Shown: positions 62,490 to 64,000 of the stretch, piece after piece
Numbering within the stretch: the stretch's first letter is position 1
Layout of the letters: each line of letters opens with the position of its first letter
Source: an uncultured Chroococcidiopsis sp.
GTDB taxonomy: Bacteria; Cyanobacteriota; Cyanobacteriia; Cyanobacteriales; Chroococcidiopsidaceae
Direction: 5' to 3'
Length of the DNA: 64,000 bases
NCBI GenBank assembly: GCA_964248365.1
Contig: CAXTYC010000001.1
Location: 320,001 to 384,000 of the forward strand
Position numbers and translations under genes: made by a program
The notes under the pieces: generated by a model
Seen by the model: the letters and a program-made list of their open reading frames with translations, nothing else
Databases searched by the model: none
What the model was told of the DNA's origin: nothing

Positions 62490-63206
62490 ATGGAAACAAG
62501 CAAGCAGCATCAGGTAAATGATTGCTGGAATCAGATCGGAGTAGAGGGCGATCGCTCTTGTGTCGAGCTAGAAAAGCTAATTCACTGCCGCAACTGTCCC
62601 GTCTATTCGACGGCGGGACGCAGTTTACTAGAACGGGAACCACCTGGCGACTACTTAAACGAATGGACGGCTGTTTTAGCTGCTCCTGTTGCCCAACCTT
62701 CCACGCATTTAACCCCGCAAGTTGGCTTCAAAATCGGACGGGCAGAAGACACCTTTGGAGCGATCATTTTTCGCTTGATTGATGAGCGCTTCGCCTTACC
62801 CGTGCGAGTGCTGCAAGAAGTCACCCGTCCATCTGCTATTCATACACTGCCCCACCGCAGCAATGACTTGTTGTTGGGGTTAGTCAACATTCGCGGTGAA
62901 ATTCTACTTTGTGCTTCTTTGAGTCATCTTCTGGGGCTGGAAACTCCAACAAACTCACCGTCTAGCCACATATACCAGAATCGAATGCTTGTGGTTGGAC
63001 ACAAAGACAGCAAATGGGTGTTTTCGGTCGATGAAGTGTATCGAATTCACCGCTTTCATCTGGACGAGTTAAAAGCTGCGCCTGTTGTCGTTGCCCTCGC
63101 AAATGAAACGTATACCCAAGGGGTAATTGACTGGCACAACAAAAAGGTGAATTATCTAAATCCAGAGCTTTTGTTTGATGCCCTCGATCGTAAGATTCTT
63201 TGGTGA
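62490..63206 (+). CDS. cheW: CheW (WspD-like)
   Basis: DCWNQIGVEGDRSC..L....HCRNCPVYS and IHTLPHR...GLVNIRGE. Confidence 0.92.
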   Translation: METSKQHQVNDCWNQIGVEGDRSCVELEKLIHCRNCPVYSTAGRSLLEREPPGDYLNEWTAVLAAPVAQPSTHLTPQVGFKIGRAEDTFGAIIFRLIDERFALPVRVLQEVTRPSAIHTLPHRSNDLLLGLVNIRGEILLCASLSHLLGLETPTNSPSSHIYQNRMLVVGHKDSKWVFSVDEVYRIHRFHLDELKAAPVVVALANETYTQGVIDWHNKKVNYLNPELLFDALDRKILW

Positions 63207-63220
63207 GGAGGGGAGAAAGT

Positions 63221-64000
63221 ATGCGCGATTACTCCATGCTGGATCTGTTTCGTCAAGAAGTGGAAACTCAGGTGACAAACCTGAAGCAAAGCTTATCGAT
63301 TCTCAAACAACAGCCGTCGTTGAACAGCGAATTAGAAAGCGCGACGCGAGCGCTCCATGCGATCGCAGGATCTGCCCAAATCGTCGAAATCGATGCCGCA
63401 GCAAAGCTAGCGTTGGCGATGAGTGCAAGCTTAATTGCCGCTTCCGAACACTCAATCGAGTTGACACAAGCGCAAATCGATCAATTGCTATACGCACTCG
63501 ATCTCCTCTTGGGAATTAGCCACGCCAGCAAAGGTGATTTAGAACACTACCTGGTAGAACACGCCCAGAATTTGTCAAGTACCCAAACCGCGATTAGCCA
63601 GCCCATAGCCGAAGGCATAGCCCAGCCTTCGTCCCACGACATTCCGGTGACACCTGCCGCAACAACAGAGGCTTCTAGCGATGCAACTCCAACGCCCCCA
63701 GATCCCCCAACACCGTCAAAGCGACTAATCGACGACACTTCTATGCTAGAATTGTTTCGTTTAGAAGTCGAGGAACAGGCGACGATATTAACCAACGGTT
63801 TACTCGCGCTAGAAACTCAACCACAATCTCCTCAACAATTAGAAGCGCTGATGCGAGCCGCTCATTCCGTTAAAGGAGCCGCCCGAATTGTTGGATTAGA
63901 TGCGGCAGTTGGGCTAGCACACGTCATGGAAGATTGCTTTGTTGCGGCACAAAACCAAATAATTACCTTGGACGCAGATCAAATCGATGTGTTGTTGCGT
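63221..64000 (+). CDS. cheA: CheA-type kinase (WspE-like), N-terminal part with two Hpt domains
   Basis: Open from ATG 63221 to the window end: SMLDLFRQEVE...LHAIAGSA, a P/T-rich linker, then SMLELFRLEVE...RAAHSVKGAARIVG. Confidence 0.9.
   Translation, partial: MRDYSMLDLFRQEVETQVTNLKQSLSILKQQPSLNSELESATRALHAIAGSAQIVEIDAAAKLALAMSASLIAASEHSIELTQAQIDQLLYALDLLLGISHASKGDLEHYLVEHAQNLSSTQTAISQPIAEGIAQPSSHDIPVTPAATTEASSDATPTPPDPPTPSKRLIDDTSMLELFRLEVEEQATILTNGLLALETQPQSPQQLEALMRAAHSVKGAARIVGLDAAVGLAHVMEDCFVAAQNQIITLDADQIDVLLR

Noticed and set aside
63175..63795. ORF-track entries of 114, 64 and 82 aa
   Set aside because: They are alternative frames or antisense to the real cheA frame starting at 63221.

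Overview
This is a 64-kb chromosomal window from a cyanobacterium. The evidence is abundant HIP1 octamers (GCGATCGC), heptameric STRR intergenic repeats, and psb32, nblB, PSRP-3, cruA and crtO genes; a filamentous or terrestrial lineage is inferred. Most of it is core or ordinary metabolism: RibD-like reductase, GNAT, SurE, GlcE/GlcF, P450, CPA1 antiporter, peroxiredoxins and a glycogen debranching enzyme. No rRNA, tRNA or CRISPR array was seen. The accessory features are as follows. (1) A REP-associated tyrosine transposase (RAYT) is bracketed by a perfect 23-bp inverted repeat of a non-palindromic motif. The same motif brackets a neighbouring KGK gene and occurs as an empty mini-element and beside other orphan genes. 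(2) At the right end is a candidate cyclic-nucleotide signalling island: an HD protein with class I phosphodiesterase-like motifs, SulP-STAS-cNMP, MscS-cNMP and a Wsp-like chemosensory operon with a tandemly duplicated receptor, preceded by a strongly structured non-coding element. (3) Two crtO paralogues, one with an altered conserved motif, are separated by pseudogenes (HNH, DUF6745, XisI) and an orphan NDP-sugar modification trio. (4) One small repeat family is inserted in frame in several unrelated enzymes. (5) There is an amidohydrolase / cysteine hydrolase / cupin catabolic module and two small membrane-protein ORFs missing from the ORF track. All family calls come from motif recognition by eye; no database search was run.
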